Shown here piece by piece: positions 14,293-26,380 of a stretch of 64,000 bases of DNA; positions within the stretch are counted from its first letter, which is position 1; every line of letters starts with the position of its first letter. The notes beneath the pieces are model-generated. The model saw only the letters and a list, made by a program, of their open reading frames with translations. It ran no database searches and was not told the DNA's origin. Source of the DNA: Podarcis vaucheri. Taxonomy: Eukaryota. The position numbers and the translations under genes were made by a program. Where the stretch lies: assembly GCA_965113315.1 (NCBI GenBank), contig OZ220370.1. One strand, 5' to 3'.

Positions 14293-14799
14293 GTTAGGAT
14301 TGTCCCTTCTGGGGTGGGGGGGAGCCCAGCAGGATAATGTAACACAAATCTGTGTGTAAGGTATAGTTTGGCCTTTATTGTTAAAAATATCATAATTCAG
14401 ATCATGTCAGCTCCTATTTCTAGGTAAAATTCTGACATCAACAGAACATGACAATCTAACATGACAATGCCAGAGTGGCTGTCACAATTTGACAAGCCAG
14501 AATTAAAAGATAGTTATACACACAGGCATCTCCATTCATCTTTCATGGGCTGAACTATAGATCTGAAGGAAATACTTGTACAAAAAAAGGGGCACGGTCT
14601 ACTGGGATGTTCAGTGAAAGCCTCACAGAAATCGATAGGAAGTGCACAAGAGAAGGTTCAGTTCAGTGGGGCCTAATGTGCAAGAGCTTTCCAGAGGATT
14701 ATGTCCAGGTGATGAAGCTCTGTCTGAATGCTTTCAGGATAACGACCCACTTTCTCCACTTTGTTTCCTAGTTTTAGAAGAGGGTTGCATTCCACACTG

Positions 14800-15250
14800 G
14801 CCAGCCAAATGTCCTCAAGCATCTGCACCAGTTGACTATTCGCTTCTGAGCCCAATTCAAGGTGCTTTCATTAACATATGAAGCCCTAAATGACTTAGAC
14901 CCCAATAGACTAGTTTGGAGATTCAGATCACTGGAAGAGAGCCCGTTGGTAGTGCCACCATCCTCAAAAGTTCAGGAGGCAGTGGCTTATCATGACAGGA
15001 ACTTCTCTGTGGTGGCCCCCAAATTGAGAGGCTAACCAGGCACCAGCACTTTGCAGCTTTCATTGGTTACTACCTTTGGAAATGAAGCATTATTTTTTAG
15101 TTATACTCCCTGTAAATTGTTTTATTAATTGTTTATTCTTTTATTGTTGTTGCCATATGCTTTACTGATTATTCATCATTTTGTAATTGTATTTTAGTTA
15201 TAAAGCCCACCCTAGTATCTAAGGATGAAGGGTAAGTAAGAAAGACTAGA
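14800..15250 (+). mobile_element. Old L2-clade LINE 3' region
   Basis: GCCCAATTCAAGGTGCT..AAGCCCTAAATG and TTCTCTGTGGTGGCCCCC motifs typical of L2 ORF2 C-termini. Confidence 0.6.
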
Positions 15251-15874
15251 AATAAATTGAAGCAAATAAATGTCTCTGGGAAGCTGACAAGCAGATCATA
15301 AAGGACTGTGGTTCTCCAGCAGCTGGTATAATTCTCTGGACCTGAACATATAAGCGCCATGGCTAATTGCCACCAACGGCCTTTGCCTTCATGAATTTCT
15401 CTAATCTCTTTTTAAAGCCATCCAACTCTAGTGACCACCAACACACAGCAGAAAATCAAAGAAAAGTCATGACTTCAGTTGTATCAGCTTCTGCACATCT
15501 AGGGAAAGGTTCCATACTCCATTGAAAAGGACCATTTTGAACTTCCTACAATCAATATGAAGCACACAGATTTTGCTATTCATGGATTAATTCTTTCCAG
15601 ATTTTCTACTTTGGTAAATTTAACTGTTGTTCAGTTCACAAGCATTTCACTGAGCAACTCTGAGCAGTCAATCATCTTCAAGTCCATAGGTTGTTTACAA
15701 GCCAATCATTTTGACAGCTCATTGCATGAGTTTCTTCCTCTAAGGGAATTTTTGCAGTATTTGACTACCTTTAATGCTTTTAAATAAATAAAAATCATAG
15801 GTATTCCTCACGATTTCACTACAAACCCACGAACATGAGGTCAAAGAAGCTAGCTCAAGAGGCAGCACAGATTA

Positions 15875-16134
15875 CTGTATTTTTCTCTCTATAAGAGAGC
15901 ACCAGACCACAAGACGCACCTAGTTTTTGGAGGAGGAAAACAAGAAAAAAAATATTCTGAATCTCAGAAGCCAGAACAGCAAGAGGAATTGCTGCGCAAT
16001 GAAAGCAGCAATCCCTCTTGCTGTTCTGGCTTCTGGGATAGCTGCGCAGCCTGTATTCGCTCCATAAGACGCACACACATTTCCCCTTACTTTTTAGGAG
16101 GGAAAAAGTGAGTCTTATAAAGCAAAAACTATGG
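15875..16134. mobile_element. Tc1/mariner-type MITE with a long internal hairpin
   Basis: TIR-like ends CTGTATTTTTCTCTCTATAAGA / TCTTATAAAGCAAAAACTATGG with TA flanks; 35-bp inverted repeat at 15961-16039. Confidence 0.75.
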
Positions 16135-16377
16135 TATATTTCTTAGAGAGGTGCTAGGGTTACCAGGATAACTTTATATCTCTCTTGTTTTATAGGGGAC
16201 CGAGCTACTCCTAGATTCTGAAATCAGAATGAATTATGCAGATCACACAATCCCCATATATAACATTTATTCAGTTTGCATTGTCTGTTCAAGTGGTAAC
16301 TTTTGAATTTGTGCAGAATTCAAAATATATTGGCAAAGAATAGTGCCAACCCTATTCTGTTTTCATCAGATCTCACC

Positions 16378-16554
16378 CAGAGTGCAGTGTCAAGTTCTGG
16401 GCAGCACAGATTAGGATGGATATACTAACAAACTGGGATCCAGAGGAAGAAGAGAATGATTGGAGGGGGCCTGGAGACCAAGCCCTAAAGGAATTGAGTA
16501 TGGTTGGCCTGGACAACAGACCATTAAGATGTGATAGTCATTTATAACTATTTA

Positions 16555-16605
<51 letters not shown>

Positions 16606-17040
16606 TTATTTATACCCTACCCATCTGGCTGGGTTTCCCCAGCTACTCTGGGCAGCTTCCAACAAAACACTAAAATACAATAACCTATGAAACAGTAAAA
16701 GCTTCCCTAAACAGGGCTGCCTTCAGATGTCTTTTAAAAGTTTGGTAGTTATTTTTCTCTTTGACATCTGGTGGGAGGGCATTGAAGCATTGTCACACAG
16801 AAGATGGAATGAATTTGTCTTCCGTTGCTCCAGAGGGTAGGATCAAAAGTGTTCACATTGAAAGAAGAAAGATTTCAACTGAGCATTAGGAAGTTCTTCC
16901 TGAAGGTAAAAACTGTTGACAGTGGGACAGTCAACCTTGGAAGGTGGTGAATTTTCCATTAGAAGCTGGATGGCCATATCTTAGGGAATGCTGAAGGGGT
17001 AGTTTTCCTGCATCAGTAACAGTTTGGGCTAGGTGACCTT
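16378..17040 (+). mobile_element. CR1 LINE 3' remnant interrupted by an L2 tail insertion
   Basis: CR1-like motifs (TGTCAAGTTCTGGGCA; GCTCCAGAGGGTAGGA; CATTAGGAAG..TTCCTGA) occur on both sides of the 16555-16783 insert. Confidence 0.7.
16555..16783 (-). mobile_element. 5'-truncated L2-clade LINE with long (AAT)n tail
   Basis: (AAT)n followed by TTTATACCC..CCCATCTGGCTGGG; same family at 23453, 34800 and 62636. Confidence 0.85.
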
Positions 17041-18483
17041 TTTTTAAAATGTAAAACAAAACAGAGAAATCTTCACAGTTACAGACAAAAAAAAAAATAC
17101 TTGTGTGTGTGTGTGTGTGTTTGTTTGTGCGGAGAGAGAGAGAGAGGGACAGACAGACAGGGAAGAAAATGTTACACGTAAGAACATCAACTGCACCAAG
17201 GACTAAAGGCCAGATAATTGTAGGGATTGTCTGAAGCAAACAAGTAGGAGCTCAAATATTTCCATATGAAGTAATATTTAGGAGGAATAAGGTTCTTTGC
17301 AGGCTGATTGTTAATATGGAGTATAAAAGTCAACCAAATGTCTGGTCCTGCTTCACTTCCTTCAGATGGTGGGTAGCTATATGTAAAGCTCTCTTAAACC
17401 AGTTATCCAATGTAAAAGCTGCAGCGTCCTTCTACCCTCGGCCTCCACCAACCTAGCAGCCACTAACAGATAGACTACCAATGACTTTAGTACAATGGCT
17501 GAGTTAGGTGGACTAGTTCACCTTCTGATCAGGAGTGCCAACTTGGCCCCGCAACCATGGGTGCCCAGGGCTGTGGGTGCTATGCAGTGTGCATGGCCCT
17601 GGCACTAAAATTTGTGGGTGCCTGGCCCCTTCATGGGGAATTTTGTGAGTGCTCAGGCACCCAGGGCCCCAGGGATTTGGCACCTACGCACCTAATATAC
17701 TTTTCTGGCTGAGGAAGAATACCAAATGATGTAATAAATTGTTGTGTGGAGTGAAGCACCAAAACAAGGGATGTAAGAAGACATTGACTTCTCTTCCACC
17801 CCATATTTGTTGCATGCAGCACTGGTTCTGTTCCACTACAGTTCAGCTTTTGACAAGAAAATTATTCATTTTGCTCTCCGCTATGGCAGAATTTTCATGG
17901 TTAAAGGGGACAGCAGTGCCACAGAGAATGTGCAAGAGTTCTTCTGAGGGAGGGAGAAAGGCATTGCTGGTCCATAAAGGGAAATGAGGCAGCAGCAGGA
18001 CTCAAGTTTCCTCACAGAACATGAGCCCCCTCCCTTCTCCTCCCCCTCCCTTATGAAATCTCTCACTCTCTGCTCTGCCTGCCTGCTTGCTTGGGGTCTG
18101 TATCACTGTGGTATCACCCCAATCCTATCCTTTTTACTCAAAAGGAAAATCCCACTGTATTCAAGGAGCACACTCTCTTGCGTGCATAGGATTTTAGTCC
18201 TGGAGAGTTCCTACATGGTGCCTGGCATTAACTCCACCCATTGCTAGGCGGCATGTAGGATCTTAAGTGACCCTCTGCTTAACCAGCCCCAACTGGCACC
18301 AGCTTCCACTGGAGAAACGCATTCAATAAATCTTCTATTATGGACACAGGAAGCTTTGCCTACCAGCATTGTTGTCCAAACTTTTACCAGTTTTGACGCA
18401 GATGCACAAACTCTGAAGGCTAGAGAAGCAATGACATGAAGAAGCACTTACAAATATGCACTTGCTACAGTATAAAGCTAGTT

Positions 18484-18643
18484 ACAGGTAGGTAGCGGTG
18501 TTGGTCTGCCGTAGTTGAAACAAAATAATAACAAAAGAATTCCTTCCAGTAGCACCTTAGAGACCAACTAAATTTTTTATTGGTTATGAGCTTTCGTGTG
18601 CATGCACACTTCTTCAGATATACTTCTGGAAGGATTTTTTTTT
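18484..18643 (-). mobile_element. Penelope-like element terminal fragment
   Basis: GTAGCACCTTAGAGACCAAC..GAGCTTTCGTG motif, short inverted piece (CTGGAAGGA), and a 15-bp TSD AGTATAAAGCTAGTT (18469-18483, 18644-18658). Confidence 0.8.
18585..18620 (-). ncRNA. Minimal hammerhead ribozyme core (Penelope-associated)
   Basis: Minus strand reads UAU-CUGAAGA-A-GUGUGCAUGCACAC-GAAA-GCUC-AUA: CUGAnGA and GAAA cores, palindromic stem II, UC cleavage site, short stem I. Confidence 0.7.
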
Positions 18644-18721
18644 AGTATAAAGCTAGTTCACTTTAAGCCACCAAGAAGTCCACTGAAGAAGTCAACAAAT
18701 GTTGCCTTCGCACATAGATAA

Positions 18722-19009
18722 TGTTAATTACTGAGCTGAATAGGATCCAAAATGCAGCAGTCTGATTGGTCCTAAAACAACAGGATTCAGAATGCAGCAG
18801 TCTGATTGGTCCGCAGGAGCCACCCAATCCAGCTCCAGGTGGAAGTCTGATTGGCCTACAGGAGAATCCCGGAATTAGCCAATCACGTGCAGCCCATTGT
18901 GTAAATAATGTATATAAAGCAGATATTGTGGGGGGAACTTCCATTTCCTCCTCACCACTTGAGCTGAATAAAGAGCATGAAATCCACTCTCGACTTTGAG
19001 TATATTTCA
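18722..19009 (+). mobile_element. Solo LTR (288 bp)
   Basis: TG..CA ends, 5-bp TSD GATAA (18717-18721, 19010-19014), TATATAAA at 18911-18918, AATAAA at 18967-18972, five CCAAT/ATTGG boxes. Confidence 0.85.
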
Positions 19010-20044
19010 GATAATAGTCATAGGACTTGGCTCTCCAACTATGAGGAATACTTTTCATGTGACAAAATAAGCTGTCTGTGGTTAAGTGCCTGCCATATAA
19101 ATCCACTACTACATAGTTAACCTTGATGACAAGTGTGTATCAGAGCTTCTTTTTTATTGCTTTGTTACACACAGCTGAAAACACTATGTTTGGCAATACG
19201 AGAAACGTTTAATACATTTTGAAACTTTCAGGCAGATTTTCCTCTTTGTTTCCCTGCAGTATAAGCCAAATTATGCAAAACGAGAGCCTGATTTTTGCAG
19301 CTTTTGTACAAGTGAGTAATCTCTCTTATTTGATGCTAGGCAAGTCTGAACTGGGCCCAGAGTAGTGACTCGGAAGAAGCTGAATTAAATTGGTAGCCTG
19401 GGGTGTTCCAATTATTCAGCTGACTTTAGGGAACCTGGTACCAGATTTCTATATTAAAAGGTGAGGATCTCACCTGTGTAAATAATGAAGGGAGCGATTA
19501 AATTTCGTTCCAGCAGAGACCTTGCCACTCAGAGATCTTGTTAATGGCAGTTGAACTGGTAAATAATTAATCAAAGTCCACAGTGAATAAATATATACTT
19601 CCACCCACACAACTTCATCCATGTCCCAAGGACCCAAGCAAGGAGTTTCTTCTTCTTCTTCTTCTGAACAGCCTGAGATTATTAAATTATTCAGGAGCTT
19701 TTCTCCTGGTTGCAATAGGATGTGTAACTTTAAACTGCCTCAGAAAGCTTCTTGCTCCAGATAAAAAAAATATGTTGGTCATTCACAGAACTCCTCCATC
19801 TCTCAAAAATCTGGTGGGGATCCATGAAGCACTGCTCCCTCCAAAGCGCAACCTTTGCTACTGAAATACTGGAAAAGAGTGAGCAATCGACTCGCTCACT
19901 CCTGATTTCCTTCAGCGGAAGGAGCATTAGAATGTGTCTTACGCCATGAAGAGCTTCACAGTCATCAAACTCAGGTTTATGTGGCAACTTTGACCACTCA
20001 CTGCTGCATATATGCAACTGAAGTTTGCAGGATCTTAAGCTTAA

Positions 20045-20325
20045 TCCCCTTCATGGATCACTGCGTTGTCGTGGCGAAGGGTCTTGAATAACTCGGAGAA
20101 GCTATGAGCTATGCTGTGCAGGGCCACCCAAGATGGACAGGTCATAGCCAAGAGTTTAGACTACCTGGAGAAGGAACTGGCAAACCACTCCAGTATTTTG
20201 CCAAGGAAACTCCATGGACATAAAAAAGGAGAAGCTCTGAGAAGAAAGTGAGGGTTTCCAAGGCATCCTCTGGTTCATGGGGTCACGGAGAGTCGAACAC
20301 GACTAAGACGAATAAACAACAACAA
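20045..20325 (+). mobile_element. Bipartite BovB-derived short element (5' UTR joined to 3' end)
   Basis: BovB-type 5' sequence (GGATCACTGC.TTGTCGTGGCGAAGGG..GGAGAAGGAA.TGGCAAACCACTCCAGTAT) joined through a short spacer to a BovB 3' end (CATGGGGTCACG.AGAGTCG.ACACGACT..(AAC)n) matching 49377-49430. Confidence 0.75.
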
Positions 20326-20327
20326 GC

Positions 20328-20500
20328 ACAGAACATAGGACTCAGACCATTCGTTCATCTAGTTCAGTATTGGTAGCACTGACCAACAGTGATTCTCCAG
20401 GGGTTTCAGAGAGGGATATTGTCCAGCTTTACCAGGAGATGCCAGGGACTGAACTCAGAACCTTTTGCATAGAAATCAGATGCTCTGCCACTGAGCCTTC
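20328..20500 (-). mobile_element. Old tRNA-derived SINE
   Basis: Minus-strand head AGGCTCAGTGGCAGAGCATCTG..GGTTCTGAGTTCAGTCCCTGGCATCTCC. Related copies near 12533-12684, 37304-37578 and 47631-47790. Confidence 0.6.
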
Positions 20501-22342
20501 AACATGTAGGGTTCATGGAGAAAAGAAACAGTTCTTGCTAAGAGCAGCCACTTCTGCCACTGTGTTCCTTCTGCTGGAAACTAACTGTACTAGTGCAAAG
20601 AACAATGCACAACATTCAGGATATCATTTGCATCAGCATACCAGTAGGCTAGCAGCAATGGATGGAAGATGGCCTCTGAGGATGTGATCCTATCCTGTCC
20701 AGCAGGCATGATTTGTGGATATGATTGTTCTCCCACTTAAGAACATTTCTGTGTGATCTTTACTTAACGCCCCATTCTTTGTTGACCCTGCATTGCAATG
20801 GTCAGTGCCAATAAAACTGTGCTAATGGACTACAGAAGTTGGGGAGTGGAGACGGGCATTAATAAGGTTGGAATTTGTAATTAATTTTTCAAGTTAATTA
20901 AAATGTCCAAAAGCACAATAAAACTGCAGGGGAAAAAATCTGGTAAGGGAATGTCAGCCTGTCTGATTAATGCAAGTCAACTGTCTTCTGAGGGTAATAG
21001 TAATAATGATGAGATTATGGATATGGAAGAAGCAGCTAAAGAGATGTGAGATGCATGTGGAATACAAACTGTGTCCTAGTTACTATTTTATGGTGCACAA
21101 TGGATCTTATTAAGGAGGAATAGCAGTAAGAATTACCACTGAATTGCTCCATAAAAGTATTGTGTAATTAACAGTGCTGCACTAGCAGCTGGAGCACTAC
21201 CTCCCATTGATATTCCATATCCTCAATTTACTTTCAGTCTTTAACTAAAAATATGTGGGTTTCCAGTGCAATTGCAGACAGCTTGAAAAATATGCTGCAT
21301 TTCCTACTTAATGATAACACTTGAGCAAAAAAGAGATATGTGCTACAGTACTCATATGGAATATTATGCTCTAGTGTACTAGTCAAACAGTCTGTATTGT
21401 GCACTGAAATCAGTGGGGAATTGTTTCTATTATGTGAGTAGGATCAGGCAAATGATGTGCTCAACAACTCAGCAGTGATGGTCCCACCCCACCCCCTTCA
21501 CAGTTTCCCATCTCAAGATTGCTCTTGTGTCAACTGTGTGCGCCCTTAGCACTGCTTAGTCACATGGCAAACTTGTCAAGCTGGAGAGGTGATAGAAGTT
21601 GGGGTGATTAATTGCTCCAGAGTCTTATAAGGGTGATCATCCATCCTTAGTCATCATTTTGTGTACTGAGTACAAAGGTAGTGCACGCTTACTTTGTGAA
21701 ATTAGTGACGTACTGAGAGTGGGTCACAACAAGACGAGAGACAAGCTTAACTGGTTATATCTATGGAAGGTAAAAGTTATGTAAGAAAAGACGGGTCCTA
21801 TGAATAGTGATATTGCTAGGCATCCATGAATATGCAACAGTTACATAATGAATTGTGGTTATCTAGGATGAACAGTGTGGGTCCACCACACTGGTGAATT
21901 CTTTTATGCTATGTCCATTAGAGATCTTTTGTTCTGGGCTCCAGGCAAAACACTTACACACATGAAATACCATTGCATCATAATGCATGCTTTGATACTC
22001 ATAGTTTTGACTATGTACACATTTTTGCATGCTATTTTTCAAACATATTCATTCTGATAAACACTTTCCCCCAATCTATGCATTTTTGCGCCCATTGTTT
22101 TGTTTGGATAAGTGCAAATTTCAAAGGATGGCTGTGTTTTGGTTCTCATATTGTTTCGAAAAGTACAAATTTGTGAAATTTGCCTTTAAATGTGAACTGA
22201 ATTACATTTCTTTCCCATTCCTGGTTCCAGATTATTGGTTATTGGGTTGAAGCCTTAAAGCTTTTATGATAGAGCTAGATACTCTAGGTATATTATTTCC
22301 CAGCTATATATAATATGGGCTCCTACACTTGGTAAAAAAAAA

Positions 22343-22427
22343 TGGTAAAGGACCGCTGGACGGTTAAGGCCCGTCAAAGGCGACTATGGGGTTGAAGCGC
22401 TCATTTCACTTCTGAGGCCAAGGGAGC
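22343..22427 (-). mobile_element. Sauria SINE 3' fragment
   Basis: GGTAAAGGACC..GACTATGGGGTTG..GCGCTCAT matches the Sauria 3' end. Confidence 0.6.
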
Positions 22428-22999
22428 TAATCCGTTATATGAAGGAAAATGGAACTGAGATCTCCAGATTGACTGAGAACAACAGCCTGAGATGGGATAC
22501 AGACTTTAAAAAAAATCTTGTTTATGAACAAGATTTCATGAGGTGCTGGATACCATCTTGAAACTAGTTTTGCTAAAGTATTGCTTGGAAATGATGTAGT
22601 GAAATGGGCTAATGTATTCACTGTTGGTGAGGATGTGCAAGGATAACACAGACACTTGTGCACATTAAGATTACAGGGTATAACCACACTCTGATACGAC
22701 AGCCTCATTTGTTTCAGGCATTTCTTCAAAGCACTTTTACTCCACACACAGAAAAATACCTCTTATTGGGTGTAATGAACCAGGAAGCAATATCACAGTT
22801 TAGCAGGGAGCTGATTTTAATAGGGTAAAGTTTTAAAATGCAGCATAATAGAAACGTAAAACAACTTCCAACTATTAATAGATAGTATGACAACATTTGA
22901 AAAGTATTAACTATGAAGATCTTAATCAGCTGAAAGCTAAATCCAATCCCAGATTTAATAGAGATGATTTAATAGAGAAATTGTATCCAATACAATATA

Positions 23000-23360
23000 A
23001 AGGTAAAGATAAAGGTACCCCTGCCCGTATGGGCCAGTCTTGACAGACTCTAGGGTTGTGCGCTCATCTCACTCTATAGGCCGGGAGCCAGCGCTGTCTG
23101 CAGACACTTCTGGGTCATGTGGCCACCGTGACAAGCTGCATCTGGCGAGCCAGCGGAGCACACGGAACGCCGTTTACCTTCCCGCTGGTAAGCAGTCCCT
23201 ATTTATCTACTTGCACCCGGGGGTGGTTTCGAACTGCTAGGTTGGCAGGCGCTGGGACCGAACGACAGGAGCGCACCCCACCACGGGGATTCGAACCGCC
23301 GACCATGCAATCGGCAAGTCCTAGGCGCTGAAGTTTTACCCACAGTGCCACCCGCATCCC
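23000..23360 (-). mobile_element. Sauria SINE (second subfamily) with a 27-bp TSD
   Basis: Full-length copy; TAGAGAAATTGTATCCAATACAATATA at 22973-22999 and 23361-23387. Confidence 0.92.
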
Positions 23361-23452
23361 TAGAGAAATTGTATCCAATACAATATACTTGGCTATAAAT
23401 TGTCAGCTATATATGTCATCAACTAGAAATATGTAAGACAATTCAGGTTCTC

Positions 23453-23501
<49 letters not shown>

Positions 23502-23689
23502 TAATTTATTATTTATACCCCGCCCATCTGGCTGGGCCTCCCCAGCCACTCTGGGCAGCTTCCATAGAAACAAAAAATACACTAAAATATCACAAGTTAA
23601 AAACTTCCCTGAACAGGGCTGCCTTAAGATGTCTTCTGAATGTCAGGTAGTTGTTTATCGCTTTGACATCTGATGGGAAGGCGTTCCAC
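23453..23689 (-). mobile_element. 5'-truncated L2-clade LINE with (AAT)n tail
   Basis: Same family as 16555-16783. Confidence 0.85.
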
Positions 23690-23744
23690 TTTTACTAGTT
23701 CCAATTATTCCAGTATGTTTCCATAATGATTATTTGCTTGTTTA

Positions 23745-24750
23745 TATTTACAAAATTTATATTTCATCCAATAGCAAAAGTTCTCTAGGCAGCTTACAAT
23801 AAAAGTGAAACAATTGCATGTGAAATTAAAAGCGTAAAATCTAAATGCAGCATAAAACCAGGAGCACAGAGGTCAAACAATATAGTAAAACTCACAGCAG
23901 TAGCAACCATTTCACAGATCTTAAAACTTCAGGGGGGAAAAAACAATATTGAAATATTATTAAAACATTTTTAGGTGAAAAATAAAACAACAAAGTCCTG
24001 GTGTACAAAAAGCCAGCCTGTAGATGCCAGGGGACCCTCTCTGGGGAGGACATTCTATAAGTGAGGCACAACAACTGAAGACCACTTCTTCCTAGTAGCC
24101 ACCTGCAGCACCTGGCTTAGTGGAGGGTAACAGAAAAAGGGCTCCTGAAGCAGATCTTAAAGTCAAGGTAGGAAACGTCTATAGGAGACAATCCTAAGTA
24201 ACCTGGCTCCAAGTTAAGATCAGTACATTGTTTGGAAACTGCTTGGAAGCCAATGCAGATGACAAAATGAGATAATAATGTCCAATCCTTGTAAACTATC
24301 TTGCTGCCCAATTGAAGTTTCCAGGTACCCCATATACAGTGCCTCGCGCAATCCAATTAAGAGGTTAAGAGAATGTGGATAGCTGTGGCAAGTCTATCTC
24401 TGTCCAGATAGGGTTGCAGCAAGTATATCAGTCCAAGCTGATAAAAGGCGTCTTGGCGACAGAAGCCACTTGAGCCTCTAAATAGCAGTGCTGAATCCAA
24501 AAACACTCTCACATTGCAGCTATTGTCCTTAAGAACTGGCTGAACAACACTCAGCTGGTCAAATGTTCCTTGGATCGGCCTCATCCAGGCACTGGTTTAG
24601 AATACCCACTGCCTCACCTAGATTTGATAAAATCTAGTGTCATTCACATAGTAATGGCACCTTGGTCCATATCTCCGAATGATTTCATTCAGTGGTTTCA
24701 TATGAATGTTAAAAAGCATGGGTGGATGAAACAGAGCCCTGTGGGATCCC
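23745..24750 (-). mobile_element. Degraded L2-clade LINE (RT region to 3' end)
   Basis: Minus-strand peptides GIPQGS, PMLFNIHMKPLNEIIRRYG..HYY and AFYQLGLIYLLQPYLDRD resemble the L2 RT at 44378. Confidence 0.75.
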
Positions 24751-25561
24751 AAAGTATAGCTGCCATGGAACAGAATGGGGAACCTGCAGCCCTCCAGATG
24801 CTTTGGGACATCTGGCTCTACCAGCATGGTCAATGGTCAAGGATGGGAATTTTAGTCCAGCAACATCTGGAGGCTCAAAAGGCTCTCCACCCCTGTAGTA
24901 AAGCAATAACCACCCAGTGCCACATTCTGGAATTCAGAATCCAAACTGGAGTGGAAAACATTTTCTCTAATACCTATCACTTTTCTCTCTCTCAGTGTCC
25001 TGAACTGTGAGACTTAACATTCCTCTATAGATCTGTAACCACTTGGCTTAACAGAAAGCTTATGTTACAGCTGCACTGTTTTTCTTTTGTTCCTTTAATT
25101 CTAGGGCTGAGCTTAGTGCTTTCATAAAATCATGCCAAACTGGTATAAACAGCTAAAAGGGTGTTTTTAAAACTGTGACTTAAATTGGCTTTTGCGTTTG
25201 AATGTAAAACCTACTTTGGCTAGAATATACATTTGATGTAAAATCTGTTCCAAAGTAGCAAAAGTCCAGAAGGGATTAAAAAGTGTTCTACAGATATGAG
25301 AAAGCAGCATCCATTGTACTGCCCTCAGTTCCTTACCTGCAAAGAATAATTTAGAATAAGATCCTAAATTTAAAATGCCTAATAAAATTATTCATGCAGC
25401 AGATTGCTTTTATTTGCTGTAATTAGATATAATTAAAAAATGATTAGGTGGACTTTGAGGAAGCTAGATTAAACAACACCACTCTTTATTGGAGAAGAAT
25501 TTGGTAAAATGCAGTATTTTCTAATGACATCCATGATGGATAAGCAACCCTGTGCTTACTG

Positions 25562-25815
25562 GAGAGCCAGTATGGTGTAGTGGTTAAGAGCGGTAGTCAC
25601 ATAATCTGGGAAACCGGGTTCGCGTCTCCGCTCCTCCACATGCAGCTGCTGGGTGACCTTGGGCCAGTCACACTTCTGTGAAGTCTCTCAGCCCCACTCA
25701 CCTCACAGAGTGTTTGTTGTGGGGGAGGAAGGGAAAGGAGAATGTTAGCCGCTTTGAGACTCCTGAAGGGGAGTGAAAGGCGGGATATCAAATCCAAACT
25801 CTTCTTCTCTTCTTC
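25562..25815 (+). mobile_element. tRNA-derived SINE, Squam3-like
   Basis: A box TGGTGTAGTGG, B-box-like GGTTCGCGTCT, L2-like 3' end and (CTT)n tail; a near-identical inverted copy is at 32737-32991. Confidence 0.8.
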
Positions 25816-26148
25816 TGTGCTTTTCGAAAATGAATCTGGCCCTACAGGGATTCCATTCAAATGCTTTAAAACCTTCAGTTTTTCTCCCCCAAGCATTTGA
25901 AAGAACACCCAAACATCCTGTTCCTTCTGCTGCCCATTAACCTAAGGGAAAACTCACCTTGTGGTCCAGCACAGAGTAGCAGGTGGTGGAAGCAGCTCCC
26001 TTGAAGATGGGAGAGGCCCACCACCAAACTCCTCCTTTCCCCCCTGACTCTTGCAATATGAAGATGTTGGTGGCATACCAACATGGGCAGAGTTTTGTTG
26101 AGTTTGGAACTTAACAGGTTAAGTTGTTCCCATGATGCCACACCATTC

Positions 26149-26156
26149 TGACGTCA
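26149..26156. promoter_or_regulatory. Palindromic CRE (TGACGTCA) in the LTR
   Basis: Exact motif, also at 29459-29466. Function not shown. Confidence 0.4.
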
Positions 26157-26380
26157 GGTTTCAAAGCTGGGAGGAGTTTGGGAGGAGTGTTTTCAGTTCT
26201 CACTCTATGCTGTGAGGGGAAAGGAAGCAGTTTTGTCATGGCTGCAAGTAGTCCTGGTTTTTCCGGAGATTTGTTGGAATAAACAACTGTAAATAGACAA
26301 ACCTGTACTCTGTGTGTTTGTCAAAGGACGTGATAGCTTTTACCCGCTGTGTAACTCTGCTGGGCGTGACTGGACGACGG

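Noticed and set aside
17530-17688. GC-rich hAT-like MITE with GGCACC repeats
   Set aside because: TIRs are plausible but the flanks match at only 5 of 8, so support is too weak to list it.
19943-20017. Possible 75-nt minus-strand exon (LHICSSEW..ALHG)
   Set aside because: Weak acceptor, no recognisable homology and no partner exons.
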